DNA of 64,000 bases from an uncultured Candidatus Rokubacteria bacterium (GTDB taxonomy: Bacteria; Methylomirabilota; Methylomirabilia; Rokubacteriales; CSP1-6), in NCBI GenBank assembly GCA_963754315.1, contig CAVWFS010000011.1:160001-224000 (forward strand), in the 5' to 3' direction. Below the pieces are notes generated by a model, which saw only the letters and a list, made by a program, of their open reading frames with translations, did not search any database and was not told the DNA's origin. The stretch's first letter is position 1. The number at the start of each line of letters is the position of its first letter. Of the stretch, positions 1-12,595 are shown one piece after another. The position numbers and the translations under genes were made by a program.

Positions 1-744
1 CAGGAGGCCCCAGAGCACCGCGTGCGGAACACCCAGGAGTGCCAGGCCAATTCCAATGCCCAGCCCAAAGATCCCGTTGATGATGGATTGCCGGAACAGA
101 TACCGGCTGATGCGCGAGCCCGCCTCGTCGAGCGCCGTGGTGGCGCGGCTGACCCGGCCGGAACCCACCAGGCTGATGACGCGGTTGCGAAGCTCCTGTT
201 GTTCGAGGAGCATGAACACGGCCAGGATGACCACGAGGCCCGCGGTGGCGAGCGCGTCAAGGAGAGGGCCAACCGCGGTGGGAAATCTCCAGAGAACGGA
301 GGGTTCCTCGACCGTCTTGACCGCGACCGGTTTCTCGCGCCCTTTGGGGGAGGCTTCGCTCTCGATGGCTTCCTTGATGTCCTTGACCGTTTCCTGCACC
401 TTCTCGACTGCGCTTCCCCTGCTCGCGCCGCGCAGGTCGACGATCCGTTGACGAATGGTGTGACGATAGGTGGGGAGCTCGTGGGCGAGCGCCCGCAGTT
501 CGCCGGCCACGCTCCACGCAATGGCCCCCATCGCCGAGAAGATCAAGGCGACAGCGACGAGCACGGCCGCCACCCGCCCGAGGTATCGCTGCAGGAAGGT
601 AACGACGGGACTCAGGAGAAACGTGAAGAGACCTGCCAGGGCGATCGGCACCAGGATCGCTTGACCGAAGTAGAGGATGCCGACCATCAGGACAATGGCC
701 GCTACCTGTAACCAGGGGCCGAGCCGCTTGACGAGGTTGTTCAT
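1..744 (-). CDS. AI-2E family transporter (3' end runs off window)
   Basis: Minus strand from ATG 744 reads MNNLVKRLGPWLQVAAIVLMVGILYFGQAILVPIALAGLFTFLLSPVV..., paralogous to the adjacent AI-2E gene. Not in the ORF track because there is no stop in the window. Confidence 0.8.
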   Translation of the reverse strand, partial: MNNLVKRLGPWLQVAAIVLMVGILYFGQAILVPIALAGLFTFLLSPVVTFLQRYLGRVAAVLVAVALIFSAMGAIAWSVAGELRALAHELPTYRHTIRQRIVDLRGASRGSAVEKVQETVKDIKEAIESEASPKGREKPVAVKTVEEPSVLWRFPTAVGPLLDALATAGLVVILAVFMLLEQQELRNRVISLVGSGRVSRATTALDEAGSRISRYLFRQSIINGIFGLGIGIGLALLGVPHAVLWGLL

Positions 745-751
745 GAAGGTA

Positions 752-2538
752 TCAGGCCACGCGCGCTGACTCGGCCTCGAGCTCCGGCCGCCCGGCCATG
801 CTCTGGGCAAGCTGAACCCACGGGATCAAGAGATCTCGAGCTTCGAGAAGGCTCGTCACCACGATGTCGGCGCCCGCCTCCAGCAACGACTCGCGCTGGG
901 GCTCACCGACACCCCGACCCGCGAAGGATCCCGCCACGATCTTGAGCGTGGGCGAGTGACGTCGAAGACGCTTGCAGAGGTAGCGTAACTGGGCCTGCCC
1001 TCCAGGCTGCAGGATTCCCACCACCGCGATCGGAGCCTGCCGCTGCAGAGCCAGAGCCACCGCTTCGGAGGACAGGAGCTCGGCCGAGGCAATCTCGAGA
1101 TCGACGCCCACCGGAGCCAGCACCTGCTTCAGCATCGGCAGCGGCAGCTCGTCGAAGCCATCATGGACCGGAAAGGCCACGACGGGAACCCGCCCTCGCG
1201 GCTCAGCGTCCACCGGCGGATCTGCCTCCTCCAGCTCCCGCACGATGCGGCGGGCAGCGCGCAAGACGACCTGCTCGTCGGCCTCGCTCAGTGCCCCTCG
1301 CCCTCGGTCAGCTTTGGCCTCGGACAGAGCAGGAAGGAGCACATCGTCGTAGACGTCGTGAGGCGAGTGGGTCGAGGAGTATTCCTCCACCAGGTCAGTG
1401 GCTTCCTCCTGATCCCCGGCCAGGAGGCGCTGATAGACGCGGAGCGCCGGGGGCAGCGCCGGCTCGCGGCCGATGAGTACCGCGATGTATTGCAGCTCGG
1501 GGACGTGACGACCGAGCACGATCAGACAGACGGTGAGCGGGGTGGCGATGATCAGCCCTACCGGGCCCCACAGCCACGTCCACAGCGCGATCCCTATCAC
1601 GAGAGCCACTCGCGAGACACCAGCGCTATGGCCATAGAGCAGCGGCTCCAGCCCGAAGGTGCAAGCCACAGCCAGGGCGAGGAACAGAGCGACAGTGAGC
1701 AGTGGTTGCCACCACCCCGTGGAGGTCGCGACCGAGAAGAGGCTCGGAAGGGCAAGCGCGATCCAGAAGCCGACGAACGGCACGAAGCGAAGGACCGCGG
1801 CCAGCACTCCCCACACGAGGGCGTAGGGCACGCCAAGCGCGAAGAGACCAATGCCCGCGCAGACCCCGAAACTCAAGTTGAGCACGGCCTGGGACAGCAG
1901 ATAGCGGCTGATGCGCCGGCTTGCCTCGTCCATGGCCTTCGTGGTCATTGCCAATCGACCAGAACCTACCAGTCGAATCAGCCGGTTTCGCAGCTCCTGG
2001 CGTTCGAGCAGCATGAAGACGAGGAGGAGTGTCACCAAACCGACCGAGCCGAGCAGTGTTATCAGCCCGGCGAACGGGATGAGCGGGCCGGGAGGGCCTT
2101 GCACGATGACGGGAGGTGGAGCCTCGGCTCCGGGGCGTATCTCGGCCAGGAGCTCGTCGAGGGTGGCTTGCAACTCGCTGACCCCCTGACCACTCGAGGC
2201 GCGCCTGAGCTCGGCCACACGCTGACGGAGCTGGGCCCGATAGTGTGGCAGCTCCTGCGCAAACGATGTGATCTGGCGCGTTACCGTCCACGCCACCACC
2301 CCGACCGTCGCCCACAAGGACACGATGACGATCACAACCGCCGTCAGGCGTCCCACGCGGCGCTCGAGCGCGCCCACCACCGGCCCCAGCACGAAGGCTA
2401 GCAGGATGGCGAGGGCAATGGGAATGAGAATGGGCTGCGCGATGTGGAGCGCGCCCAATGTCAGGAGCACGGCGATCACCACGGTGGCACGCGGGGCAAT
2501 CCGACGCCCAGCCATGCCGCGTGGCTCAGTCGATGCCT

Positions 2539-2542
<4 letters not shown>
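752..2542 (-). CDS. AI-2E family transporter with C-terminal cytoplasmic domain
   Basis: [33 protein letters not shown] and [20 protein letters not shown] motifs. Confidence 0.88.
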
Positions 2543-4761
<2,219 letters not shown>

Positions 4762-4819
4762 GACTGGGCGTTTTCTGCGGGCGGCGCCGGCGAGCAGGTC
4801 ATCAACGCGTAGTCTACCC

Positions 4820-4850
4820 GGGGCGAGGCGCCAGATCGACGCCTCGCCCC
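4820..4850. terminator. GC-rich hairpin downstream of micro-ORF
   Basis: GGGGCGAGGCG-N9-CGCCTCGCCCC inverted repeat; no clear U-tract. Confidence 0.4.
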
Positions 4851-4856
4851 GTCCAG

Positions 4857-4937
4857 CTATCGTCCGATACCGAGCAGGAAGAGCAGCACGATCAGGGTCA
4901 GCGGAACGCCGAGTAGCCATGCCAGGATGTACACCAT
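4857..4937 (-). CDS. 26-aa single-TM microprotein [26 protein letters not shown]
   Basis: Strong RBS (GAAGGAGG) upstream of ATG; one hydrophobic helix; below ORF-track cutoff. Confidence 0.65.
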   Translation of the reverse strand: MVYILAWLLGVPLTLIVLLFLLGIGR

Positions 4938-4958
4938 TGCTCCATCCTCCTTCGAGGC

Positions 4959-5561
4959 TCAGACCGGGCGGCCGGCCCGGTCTCGCTGTCGATAGTAGGT
5001 GAGGGTCATCGGCTCGCCCGATGCCATCCACCCGCCAAGCACTGCGCCGACCACGCCGAGCAACAGCGCAGCCAGGGTGGCCAACGAGGCATTTCTCACA
5101 ATCAGCGCGATCTGCGGATCCGTCGGTATGCTCGCGACCCACGCGGGCGCCCACGCCAGGGCGCCGTACCACGCCCCGAAGCGGGCCGTGCCACCCACCA
5201 TGCCGAGGACGAGTAAGAAAGGAACGGTGAGCAGCCATGCGATAGCTCCGTGCAACATGGCTGGCTCGGCGCGCTCCCAGCCGCTCATCCGCGCCGCGAC
5301 CCAGCCGCCCGCCACGAAGGCGACAAAGGCGCCGGCCACGTTGAAGATCAGCGATAGAAATCGCATCTTCTTCCAGTCGGCGACTTGGGCCGCCTCGTGG
5401 GCCCCCACCGCGAACCCGATGAGACCGATCAGGAGCGCGACCGCCACCGCGGTCAGGGCGCCGATCCACACAGCGCTCCATGCGACAGGCCACGTCGTCG
5501 CTGTCCGTAGGGATGCAACTTCCCGGAACTGAGCGCCTTCGCGCCATTCCTGAGTGATCAT
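4959..5561 (-). CDS. Multi-pass membrane protein of unknown function
   Basis: WSAVWIGAL...[14 protein letters not shown]...LHG pattern, about 4 TM segments, AGGAG RBS. Confidence 0.75.
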   Translation of the reverse strand: MITQEWREGAQFREVASLRTATTWPVAWSAVWIGALTAVAVALLIGLIGFAVGAHEAAQVADWKKMRFLSLIFNVAGAFVAFVAGGWVAARMSGWERAEPAMLHGAIAWLLTVPFLLVLGMVGGTARFGAWYGALAWAPAWVASIPTDPQIALIVRNASLATLAALLLGVVGAVLGGWMASGEPMTLTYYRQRDRAGRPV

Positions 5562-5638
5562 CTGGTCGTTCTCCTACCCGCCAATATCTATCTTGGCCAT
5601 TTTCTGTTCTTGGTGATTCCCATATATATATGTGTCTG

Positions 5639-5654
5639 AGCATCCGTCATGCCA
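5639..5654 (-). promoter_or_regulatory. sigma54 -24/-12 promoter
   Basis: TGGCATGACGGATGCT (GG-N10-GC) upstream of the 5561 start. Confidence 0.6.
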
Positions 5655-5719
5655 GCGAACCCAACAAGGCAGTCGCCACATTTGTAGAAGGGTTACGAGC
5701 AACGCAGAACACTCGACGC

Positions 5720-6340
5720 TCAGGCCGGTCGGCGCTGGCGGTGCCACAGCCGGTAGGCGACGGCTCCCATCACGGCCAGGGCGCTCGCACAAGCCAGCAC
5801 GGCGCTGATGGTCGCTGCTCCTCCATCCTTCGTCCATGTAATCCACTGGTCGCCCAGGAGAAATCCCAGGAGAATCCAGACGGTCGCCCACAACCCGGCG
5901 CCGATCGTGTCGTAGAGCACGTAGAGCCGGTACGGCATACCGCTGCTCGCCGCGAGAGGAGTCACGACTATGCGCACGCCTGCCACGAATCGTCCGACGA
6001 TGAAGACGCCCGGGCCGAAACGGGCGAAGTATGCCTTCGCCCGCTCGACGCACGACGTGCCGCCCAGGAGAACGATCCGACAGTAGAGCCGGACGAGACG
6101 ATCGCCACCAAGGCGCCCGGCCAGATACCACACATGATCACCGAGGAGCGCGGCGACGATGGCGAGGCAGATGAGAAGCAGGACGTTGGCCCCCCCGGTT
6201 GCCGCGATTCCTCCCGCCGTGATCAGGAGCAATCGTCCGGGAAAGGGCGTCCCCGTCGCATCGACCAGGACACCCACGAATACGACTGCATAGGCGTGGG
6301 CCACCAGGAAAGTCCATAACGAGTCGAGGATGAACACCAT
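5720..6340 (-). CDS. DedA family membrane protein
   Basis: GTPFPG, AALLGDHVWYLAGRLGG, VFIVGRFVAGVR motifs; start at ATG 6340. Confidence 0.88.
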   Translation of the reverse strand: MVFILDSLWTFLVAHAYAVVFVGVLVDATGTPFPGRLLLITAGGIAATGGANVLLLICLAIVAALLGDHVWYLAGRLGGDRLVRLYCRIVLLGGTSCVERAKAYFARFGPGVFIVGRFVAGVRIVVTPLAASSGMPYRLYVLYDTIGAGLWATVWILLGFLLGDQWITWTKDGGAATISAVLACASALAVMGAVAYRLWHRQRRPA

Positions 6341-6351
6341 GCAGAGTAGAG

Positions 6352-6406
6352 AGCAACTCCCGTGCCTGCTTCGCAGTCGCGGTGTGTCGACGGCATCTTC
6401 CTTGCG
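6352..6406. promoter_or_regulatory. Divergent pair of sigma54 promoters
   Basis: AGGCACGGGAGTTGCT (minus, 6352-6367) and CGGCATCTTCCTTGCG (plus, 6391-6406). Confidence 0.55.
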
Positions 6407-6431
6407 GACCTCAACACGCAGGAGGCCACCT

Positions 6432-6764
6432 ATGGATCGGGTGAGATCGATCTCGAAGTGGGGTTTCACCTTGGCCTGCGTCGTAGTGCTGATGTTCATT
6501 GGCGTGGGTCTCGCCCAGGAAAATCGCGCGTCTCCCATCCAGCATGGTGCGCAGCCGAACCCAGGAGAGGTACGGCCGCCGAGCGCTGATGGAAACACCT
6601 CCTCTCCGTCGGCGGGCACGCTGATGGTGGAGAAGACTCCGGACGGGCTGTGGGGACTGCCGGCGTATGCGGTGGGGGCGATCGGCATCGCGATCGTAGT
6701 GCTGGTGGCGCTGGCGGTGTCTGCCAGACGGTCCCAGATCCAGCGGCAGCGCCCGGTCCGATAG
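6432..6764 (+). CDS. Small exported protein with C-terminal TM anchor
   Basis: AGGAGG RBS; signal peptide, Pro/Ser-rich linker, TM helix and basic tail. Confidence 0.65.
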   Translation: MDRVRSISKWGFTLACVVVLMFIGVGLAQENRASPIQHGAQPNPGEVRPPSADGNTSSPSAGTLMVEKTPDGLWGLPAYAVGAIGIAIVVLVALAVSARRSQIQRQRPVR

Positions 6765-6773
6765 GCCCGAGGC

Positions 6774-6789
6774 TGGCAACGCCCTTGCT
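6774..6789 (+). promoter_or_regulatory. sigma54 promoter
   Basis: TGGCAACGCCCTTGCT upstream of 6819. Confidence 0.65.
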
Positions 6790-6818
6790 GTGCTTTAGGG
6801 CGGCAGGAGGTCGACACG

Positions 6819-7046
6819 ATGGCCAAGTGTGAAGTCTGCGGCAATGACTACGACAAGGCGTTCGAGGTCCGGTTCGCAGGGCAGCGACACATGTTTGACA
6901 GTTTCGAGTGCGCCATTCACCGGCTGGCGCCGGTATGCGAGCACTGCGGATGCAAGATCGTCGGGCATGGAGTCGAGGCGCAGAGCCACTACTACTGTTG
7001 CGCGAATTGCGCGCGTGCAGTCGGGGTGGAAGAGGTTCGAGCGTAG
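6819..7046 (+). CDS. Cys-rich small metal-binding (metallothionein-like) protein
   Basis: CEVCGNDYDKAF...FDSFECAI...CEHCGC...YYCCANCA; AGGAGG RBS. Confidence 0.8.
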   Translation: MAKCEVCGNDYDKAFEVRFAGQRHMFDSFECAIHRLAPVCEHCGCKIVGHGVEAQSHYYCCANCARAVGVEEVRA

Positions 7047-7048
7047 GT

Positions 7049-7246
7049 ATGAGCCTCTGTGCGTCGTGCGGGCTCGAGCAAGGCGACGAGGGGCAGCTGT
7101 GTCGCCATCACGTGGCGAGCCACAGCAACACGTGGGCAGTCAGCAATCGGATCATGTGCGATTTCTTTCACCGGGGAAGGATTCCGCCGCGCCTGAAAGC
7201 AGCCGAGCGCGCGGACGAGTTCTGGGCCGCCATGGAAGCGGCTTGA
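7049..7246 (+). CDS. Small Cys/His hypothetical protein (65 aa)
   Basis: MSLCASCG...LCRHH...WAVSNRIMCDFFHRG; starts 2 nt after the previous stop. Confidence 0.6.
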   Translation: MSLCASCGLEQGDEGQLCRHHVASHSNTWAVSNRIMCDFFHRGRIPPRLKAAERADEFWAAMEAA

Positions 7247-7324
7247 CTAGTTTGAAGAATCGACAATCGATTCGGGGTTCTATCGGCGCGGTTTCTCTAG
7301 AGCTGAGGGTCGCCAGGATCCGGA

Positions 7325-7340
7325 TGGCACTAGGATTGCG
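7325..7340 (+). promoter_or_regulatory. sigma54 promoter
   Basis: TGGCACTAGGATTGCG upstream of the CsbD gene. Confidence 0.7.
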
Positions 7341-7421
7341 CCGATGACGCTTGGCCTGCGCGACAAACGACGTGATGCAGGCCAGTTGAGCGCGGCCGAC
7401 AGGCCGCGGGAGGATGAGAAA

Positions 7422-7622
7422 ATGAACAGCGACATCTTTGAAGGCAAGTGGAAACAGATGAAGGGTAAGGCTAAGGAGTGGTGGGGAGAGTTGACGGACG
7501 ATGACCTCACCCGCATCGAAGGCAGCCAAGATAAGCTCGTGGGAACCCTGCAGGAGCGCTACGGGTACACTAAAGAGCGGGCCGAGCAGGAAATCGAGCG
7601 CCGCGTGCGCACGCTCGTTTAA
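7422..7622 (+). CDS. csbD: CsbD/YjbJ family stress protein
   Basis: MNSDIFEGKWKQMKGKAKEWWGELTDDDL...LQERYGY. Confidence 0.92.
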   Translation: MNSDIFEGKWKQMKGKAKEWWGELTDDDLTRIEGSQDKLVGTLQERYGYTKERAEQEIERRVRTLV

Positions 7623-7722
7623 TCGCAAAGCAAACGGCGACCGATGCCGACATTGTCAGAGTTCTCGGAGTGTTCGCATACCTGAATGTTCTCGGCGTCT
7701 GACGCCGTTTGATCGGGTAGTG

Positions 7723-7756
7723 GAGCCCGACGGTCCCACGTGGGACCGTCGGGCTC
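7723..7756. repeat. Perfect 34-bp palindrome
   Basis: GAGCCCGACGGTCCCACGTGGGACCGTCGGGCTC equals its own reverse complement. Confidence 0.9.
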
Positions 7757-7834
7757 AGCGGGGCCGTCTTGAGTGTGGCACGCTCGGCCCGACTTCCCTC
7801 GAGGATCACATACTCGCGGGGAGGACGTGATCTG

Positions 7835-10800
7835 ATGAGCGAGTCGCTCCGGCTCGGGAAGGGCACCGCGAAGCATCCAGTCGTGGCTGATCACCCTTGT
7901 GGCGGTTGCCCTCGTGCCGGTCCTTGCCTTCACGCTCATTACGGCTCTGGCGTTGGTTGAGCGCGAGCGGTCCACCTTGGCTTCGGGTCTCCAGAACACC
8001 GCCCGCGCTCTCGCCATCGCTGTCGATCAGGAGCTCGAAGCATCGATCGCGACCCTCCAGGCATTGGCGGCCTCCACCAAGCTCGCGTCGGCTGACTATC
8101 CGGGCTTTTATCAGCAACTTGAGAAGGCCCGAGCGGACACGCGGCGAAACTGGTGGACGGCGGGTGTGGTCGACCGCACTGGGCACCAGGTGGTCTCCCT
8201 CGACCCCCCCGTGAATGGCGTGGCGGGCCCTGCCCTGAGGCGCGATGATTTCTGGGCCACCATTCAGGCTGATCGGTTCTGGATTTCTGACCGCCTGCCA
8301 CGGCCGGACTCGCAAGAAGCCCTCGTTCTGGTCGCTGTCCCCCTGCCGTCGCCACACCCTGAACATCAGGGCACCCTGATGGCCGTTCTCAAGGCCCAGG
8401 CATTGTCCACAAGCGTAGCGCGGCATCGCCTACCGCCCGGCGTGTCAGCCAACGTGCTCGACCGAGGGCAAGCGACCGTTGTCCGCATACCCGTAGCGAC
8501 TAGCGAGGCCGCGGGCGAGCTCGCGGGTGATCTCCCACCATATTCGGCGGAGGGCTTCGGACACTTTCCGAAGGAAGGCGGCGAAGGGGTTTATGCGGCC
8601 TTCGCACGGGCCCCCCTCTCGGGGTGGACCGTTACGCTGGTGGTGCCGGAATCAGCCTTCGAGGCTCCTTGGCGGCGCTGGCTGTGGACCATGGGCGGTG
8701 GGGGCGTGTTCCTTGTACTCATGGGTCTGGGGCTAGCGGCCTTGGCGGCCCGGCGCATCGCCAGGCCTATCGCAGCGCTTTCGGTTCGGGCTCATGCCCT
8801 AGGACGGGGTGAGGTCTCGCCGCCCACTCGATCAGGGATCGCCGAGGTCGATGAGGTCGAGCGCGCGATCGTCGCCGCGGGCGCCGCTCGTCGAGACGCC
8901 GAAGAGGCCGTGCGCGAGAGCGAGACCCGACTGCACACCACCTTGCGGGACATCGGCGATGCGGTACTCTCCACCGACGCCGATGGGTCGGTGCGGTTCA
9001 TGAACAAGGCGGCCGAGTCGTTGATCGGCTGGAGGCTTGACGAGGTCCAGGGGCGGCCCCTCGACACCGTGACGGTGTTTCTGAACGAAGCCAGCCGCGA
9101 GCGGGTGGACAATCCGGTGACGAGGATGCTCCGCGACGGGATGGGCGGCAACCTCGCCGATCACACGATCTTGCTCAGTCGGCATGGGCAGGAAATTGCG
9201 ATTGACGAGCGGGCCGCGCCCATTCGCGACGATGCCGGTCGACTGCTGGGTGTGGTCTTGGTGCTTCGCGATGTGACAGCGAGACGCAACGTCGAGGACG
9301 CCCTCCGATCGAGTGAGGCCCGCTATCGCGCCATCATCGAGGACCAGACAGAGCTGGTCTGTCGTCTCACGCCGGAGGGAACCCTGACCTTCGTCAATGG
9401 CGCCTTTGCTCAGTATTTTGGACGGAGCGCGGAGGAGCTCGTGGGCGGGCATCTGTTGTCCGTGGTGGATTCCGAGGATCGCGGAGGGGTGGCGGGGGCC
9501 CTCGAATCGCTTGGCCCCGACCGGCCGACGGTCACCGTCGAGAATCGAAGTCTCGATGGTGCTGGTCAACTTCGGTGGACGCAGTGGGTCGCGCGAGCTC
9601 TGGTCGACCTCGATGGCCGGATCGTCGAGATCCAGGCGGTTGGGCGGGACATCACCGATCGGAAGCGCGCTGAACAGGCACTGACGCAGAGTGCGGCGGA
9701 CCTGGAGTCGCACGCGCACCAGCAGGCAGCGGTCGCCCAGCTGGGGCAGCGTGCGTTGGCGGGCGCGGACCTCGACACGCTGCTGCGGGAGGCGGTCGAG
9801 CTGTTGTGCGCGACGCTCGGCGCTGAGTTTTGCAAGGTCCTCGAACTGGCCGCCGAAGGGGCGCAGCTGGTGACGCGAGCCAGTGTCGGTTGGCCTTGCG
9901 GGGCGCAGCCGCTCACCTTCGATGCCGTCGACGGTTCTCAAGTGGGGCTGGTCTTGCGGACCCGGGAGCCAGTCCTCATCCGGGACTTCGGCGCCGAGAC
10001 GCGATTTGTCGACACTGGCGTGTTCCGGGAGCGCGGCATCGTGAGTGGCATGAGCGTCGTGATCCATGGCGGCGACCGGCCGTATGGTCTGCTCGGCGTT
10101 CACACGACCAAGCGGCGAGCGTTCACCCGCGATGACGTGAACTTCCTGCAAAGTATTGCCAATATCCTGGCCGCGGCCGTCGCTCGCGCCCGGGCGGAAC
10201 GGGAACGGACGGAGCTGCTGGAGCGCGCGCAAGAGGCCCGCGTTGCTGCCGAGAAGGCCAATCAGGCCAAGGACGAGTTCCTGGCCATGCTGAGCCATGA
10301 GCTGCGCAATCCATTGGCGGCCATCACCAATGCCAGCCGTCTGCTGGAGCAGAGCGGTCAAGCATCGGAGATGACCGCGCACGTGGGCTCCATCGTCGCC
10401 CGTCAGAGCGAACACCTGTCCCGCATGGTCGACGATCTGCTCGATGTCTCACGCCTGAGCTCCGGCAAGATCGTGTTGCGCCGAGAGCTGGTCGATATGA
10501 AGCAGGTGGTCGAGCGCTCGGTGGCTTCGTTCGCCGAGGCGGGACGAACCACCCGCCACGACTTGCGTGTTGATGCCGAGCCTGTGCTGGTCGTCGGCGA
10601 CGCCACCCGGCTCGAGCAGGTCGTCCGCAATCTGCTCGACAATGCCTTGAAGTACACGCCCCCTGGGGGGCAGGTGGAGCTCACGGTCGCGCGGGACGGG
10701 GACGAGATGAGGATGCGGGTCCGAGACACGGGGGTGGGTATCGCCCCTGAGATCCTCCCGCATATCTTCGAACTGTTCGTCCAGGCCCAGCGCTCGCTCG

Positions 10801-11348
10801 ACCGCGCCGACGGCGGGCTTGGCCTCGGTCTCACGCTGGTTCGACGTCTGGTGCAAATGCATGGCGGCACTGTGTCCGCCTCGAGTGATGGATCGACCCA
10901 GGGCAGTGAGTTCGAGGTGCGGATTCCCGTGGCCGAGACGACGGAGCGCGTCGGACCGGCATCTCCGTCTCTGGCGTCACCGACGAGTCGACGGGTTCTG
11001 GTCGTGGAAGACAACCCTGACGCGCGAGAGACACTGGTCCTCTTGTTGGAAAGCTGGGGACACTGGGTGGCACAGGCCGAAGACGGCGAGGCAGCAGTAG
11101 CCCTGGCGGCCAGGGAGACACTTGACGTGGCTCTGATCGATGTCGGTCTCCCACGGATGGATGGTTACGCGGTGGCCCGCGCTCTGCGGGCTATCCCAGC
11201 CTATCATCAGCTGCGGCTGGTCGCCCTCACCGGATATAGCCGGGAGGAAGATCGGCGCCTGGCCCACGAGTCGGGGTTCGATGCTTATCTCGTCAAGCCC
11301 GTTGACCCGGACGCGCTCCAGAGCGTCCTGAGCGAGCCGCTGTCTTGA
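7835..11348 (+). CDS. Hybrid sensor histidine kinase (Cache-TM-2xPAS-GAF-HisKA-HATPase-REC)
   Basis: FLAMLSHELRNPL, NLLDNALKYT, DTGVGI, GGLGLGL, VLVVEDN...DVGLP. True start is probably ATG 7835 (GGAGG RBS) with an indel before 7899. Confidence 0.9.
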
Positions 11349-11367
11349 TAAGGAGATCGATGAGATC

Positions 11368-11383
11368 CGGCAGGCAAGTTGCA
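11368..11383 (+). promoter_or_regulatory. sigma54 promoter
   Basis: CGGCAGGCAAGTTGCA upstream of 11458. Confidence 0.55.
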
Positions 11384-11457
11384 CTCTTCTCGCTCGAAGA
11401 TGGCGAGGCGGTCCGGCAGGTCAGGGAGCCCGCCGCCGATTCGAGGGGGAGGAGACG

Positions 11458-11610
11458 ATGAGTCTGATCTTGCTTGTGATTCTGGTGCTGCTGGTAGTTG
11501 GCGCGCTGCCGGCCTGGCCTTACAGCTCAGGATGGGGATATGGTCCCAGTGGCGTGCTTGGCCTGGTGCTGGTGGTCATCATAGTTCTCGCCCTAACTGG
11601 GCGCCTCTAG
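11458..11610 (+). CDS. DUF3309 family small membrane protein
   Basis: MSLILLVILVLLVVGALPAWPYSSGWGYGPSGVLGLVLVVIIVLALTGRL; GGAGGAG RBS; not in ORF track. Confidence 0.88.
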   Translation: MSLILLVILVLLVVGALPAWPYSSGWGYGPSGVLGLVLVVIIVLALTGRL

Positions 11611-11625
11611 AGAGGAGGGAACGCT

Positions 11626-11775
11626 ATGCTGTGGACGATCTTTGTGGTTCTGCTGGTGCTGTGGGCCCTCGGAATGGTGAGTTCCTATACGCTAGGGGGA
11701 TTCATTCACATATTGCTCGTCGTTGCCCTCGCCGTTGTCTTGATACGCATAATTCAGGGGCGGCGCCCGATATAG
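11626..11775 (+). CDS. lmo0937-family small membrane protein
   Basis: MLWTIFVVLLVLWALGMVSSYTLGGFIHILLVVALAVVLIRIIQGRRPI; GAGGAGG RBS; not in ORF track. Confidence 0.88.
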   Translation: MLWTIFVVLLVLWALGMVSSYTLGGFIHILLVVALAVVLIRIIQGRRPI

Positions 11776-12082
11776 ACGGAACTGGGAAGATTCTTCAAAT
11801 GGTGCCCGGCCCGCCCTTGGCACACTCGGGCAAACTCCCACTCTTGGTTATACGCAATACCGTGCCGGTTGCAGTTGAAAAGAGAAATGTGGGGGACGGG
11901 CCGCGGAGGTCCGTCCCCCCACGCTCGCACCAAGCGACATGCGGATAGGCTGCGGCCGCCACCGCAAAAGTTTGCGTCGCCCGCATCTCTTGAGTTCTTC
12001 TCCCGGACTGGGTGACGTTGTAGCTGGGTCGTAGAGATGCGTGGCGAGGGCCCGAGGCCCTCGCCACGCAGGCTACTGGACT

Positions 12083-12298
12083 TTAGCGCCGGTCGGGTTG
12101 ACTCTCGGGACGCTGCGGTTGCTCAGATTCGGCGTGCCGCTCCGATCCCGGATGCGGCCGATCCGGTCGTTCGATCGGGCGATCGGGATAGGGCGTGCGC
12201 CGTTCCTTCTCCTTGTCGTCCTGCCCCTGTCCCGGATGTCGCTGTCCGGGCATCTCGCGGGGCTTGTCCTTTTCCGGCATCTGGCGTTGCGTCGTCAT
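12083..12298 (-). CDS. Small hydrophilic, probably disordered protein (71 aa)
   Basis: AAGGAGG RBS and upstream sigma54 motif; MTTQRQMPEKDKPREMPGQ... Confidence 0.6.
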   Translation of the reverse strand: MTTQRQMPEKDKPREMPGQRHPGQGQDDKEKERRTPYPDRPIERPDRPHPGSERHAESEQPQRPESQPDRR

Positions 12299-12377
12299 TG
12301 TCAGCTCCTCCTTGAAGGCCAGCAGCATGCCGGCCCTCCGATGAGGCCAGCAAACACGCCGGCCCATCTTCTCGAGG

Positions 12378-12429
12378 AGCAATGGGGGTGCCAGCCACGC
12401 TCGGGCGCCTGGACGGCAGGACTCTTGCT
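12378..12429. promoter_or_regulatory. Divergent pair of sigma54 promoters
   Basis: TGGCACCCCCATTGCT (minus, 12378-12393) and CGGCAGGACTCTTGCT (plus, 12414-12429). Confidence 0.62.
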
Positions 12430-12595
12430 CCTTTAGCGCCCGGGAGCATGAATTCTCTGACCGTAACCGGCAGATGAACGTATTAGACACCGAGCGGGGC
12501 GTTACGTTACTGCTTGCGGGTGTGATGATCGTGAGAGCCCTGTGCCGTCGTACGTGGTCGACCGGCGAAGTCGCTCCGGCCGGCGGGGGGCGATC

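Noticed and set aside
22..711. 229-aa plus-strand ORF
   Set aside because: Antisense shadow of the minus-strand AI-2E gene at 1-744.
4762..5643. About 290-aa N-terminal extension making a 1034-aa GlgX
   Set aside because: Arg/Gly-rich off-frame read-through across two real genes; GlgX similarity starts near 4761.
11852..11868. sigma54 promoter on the minus strand (CGGCACGGTATTGCG)
   Set aside because: GG-to-GC spacing is 9, not the required 10.
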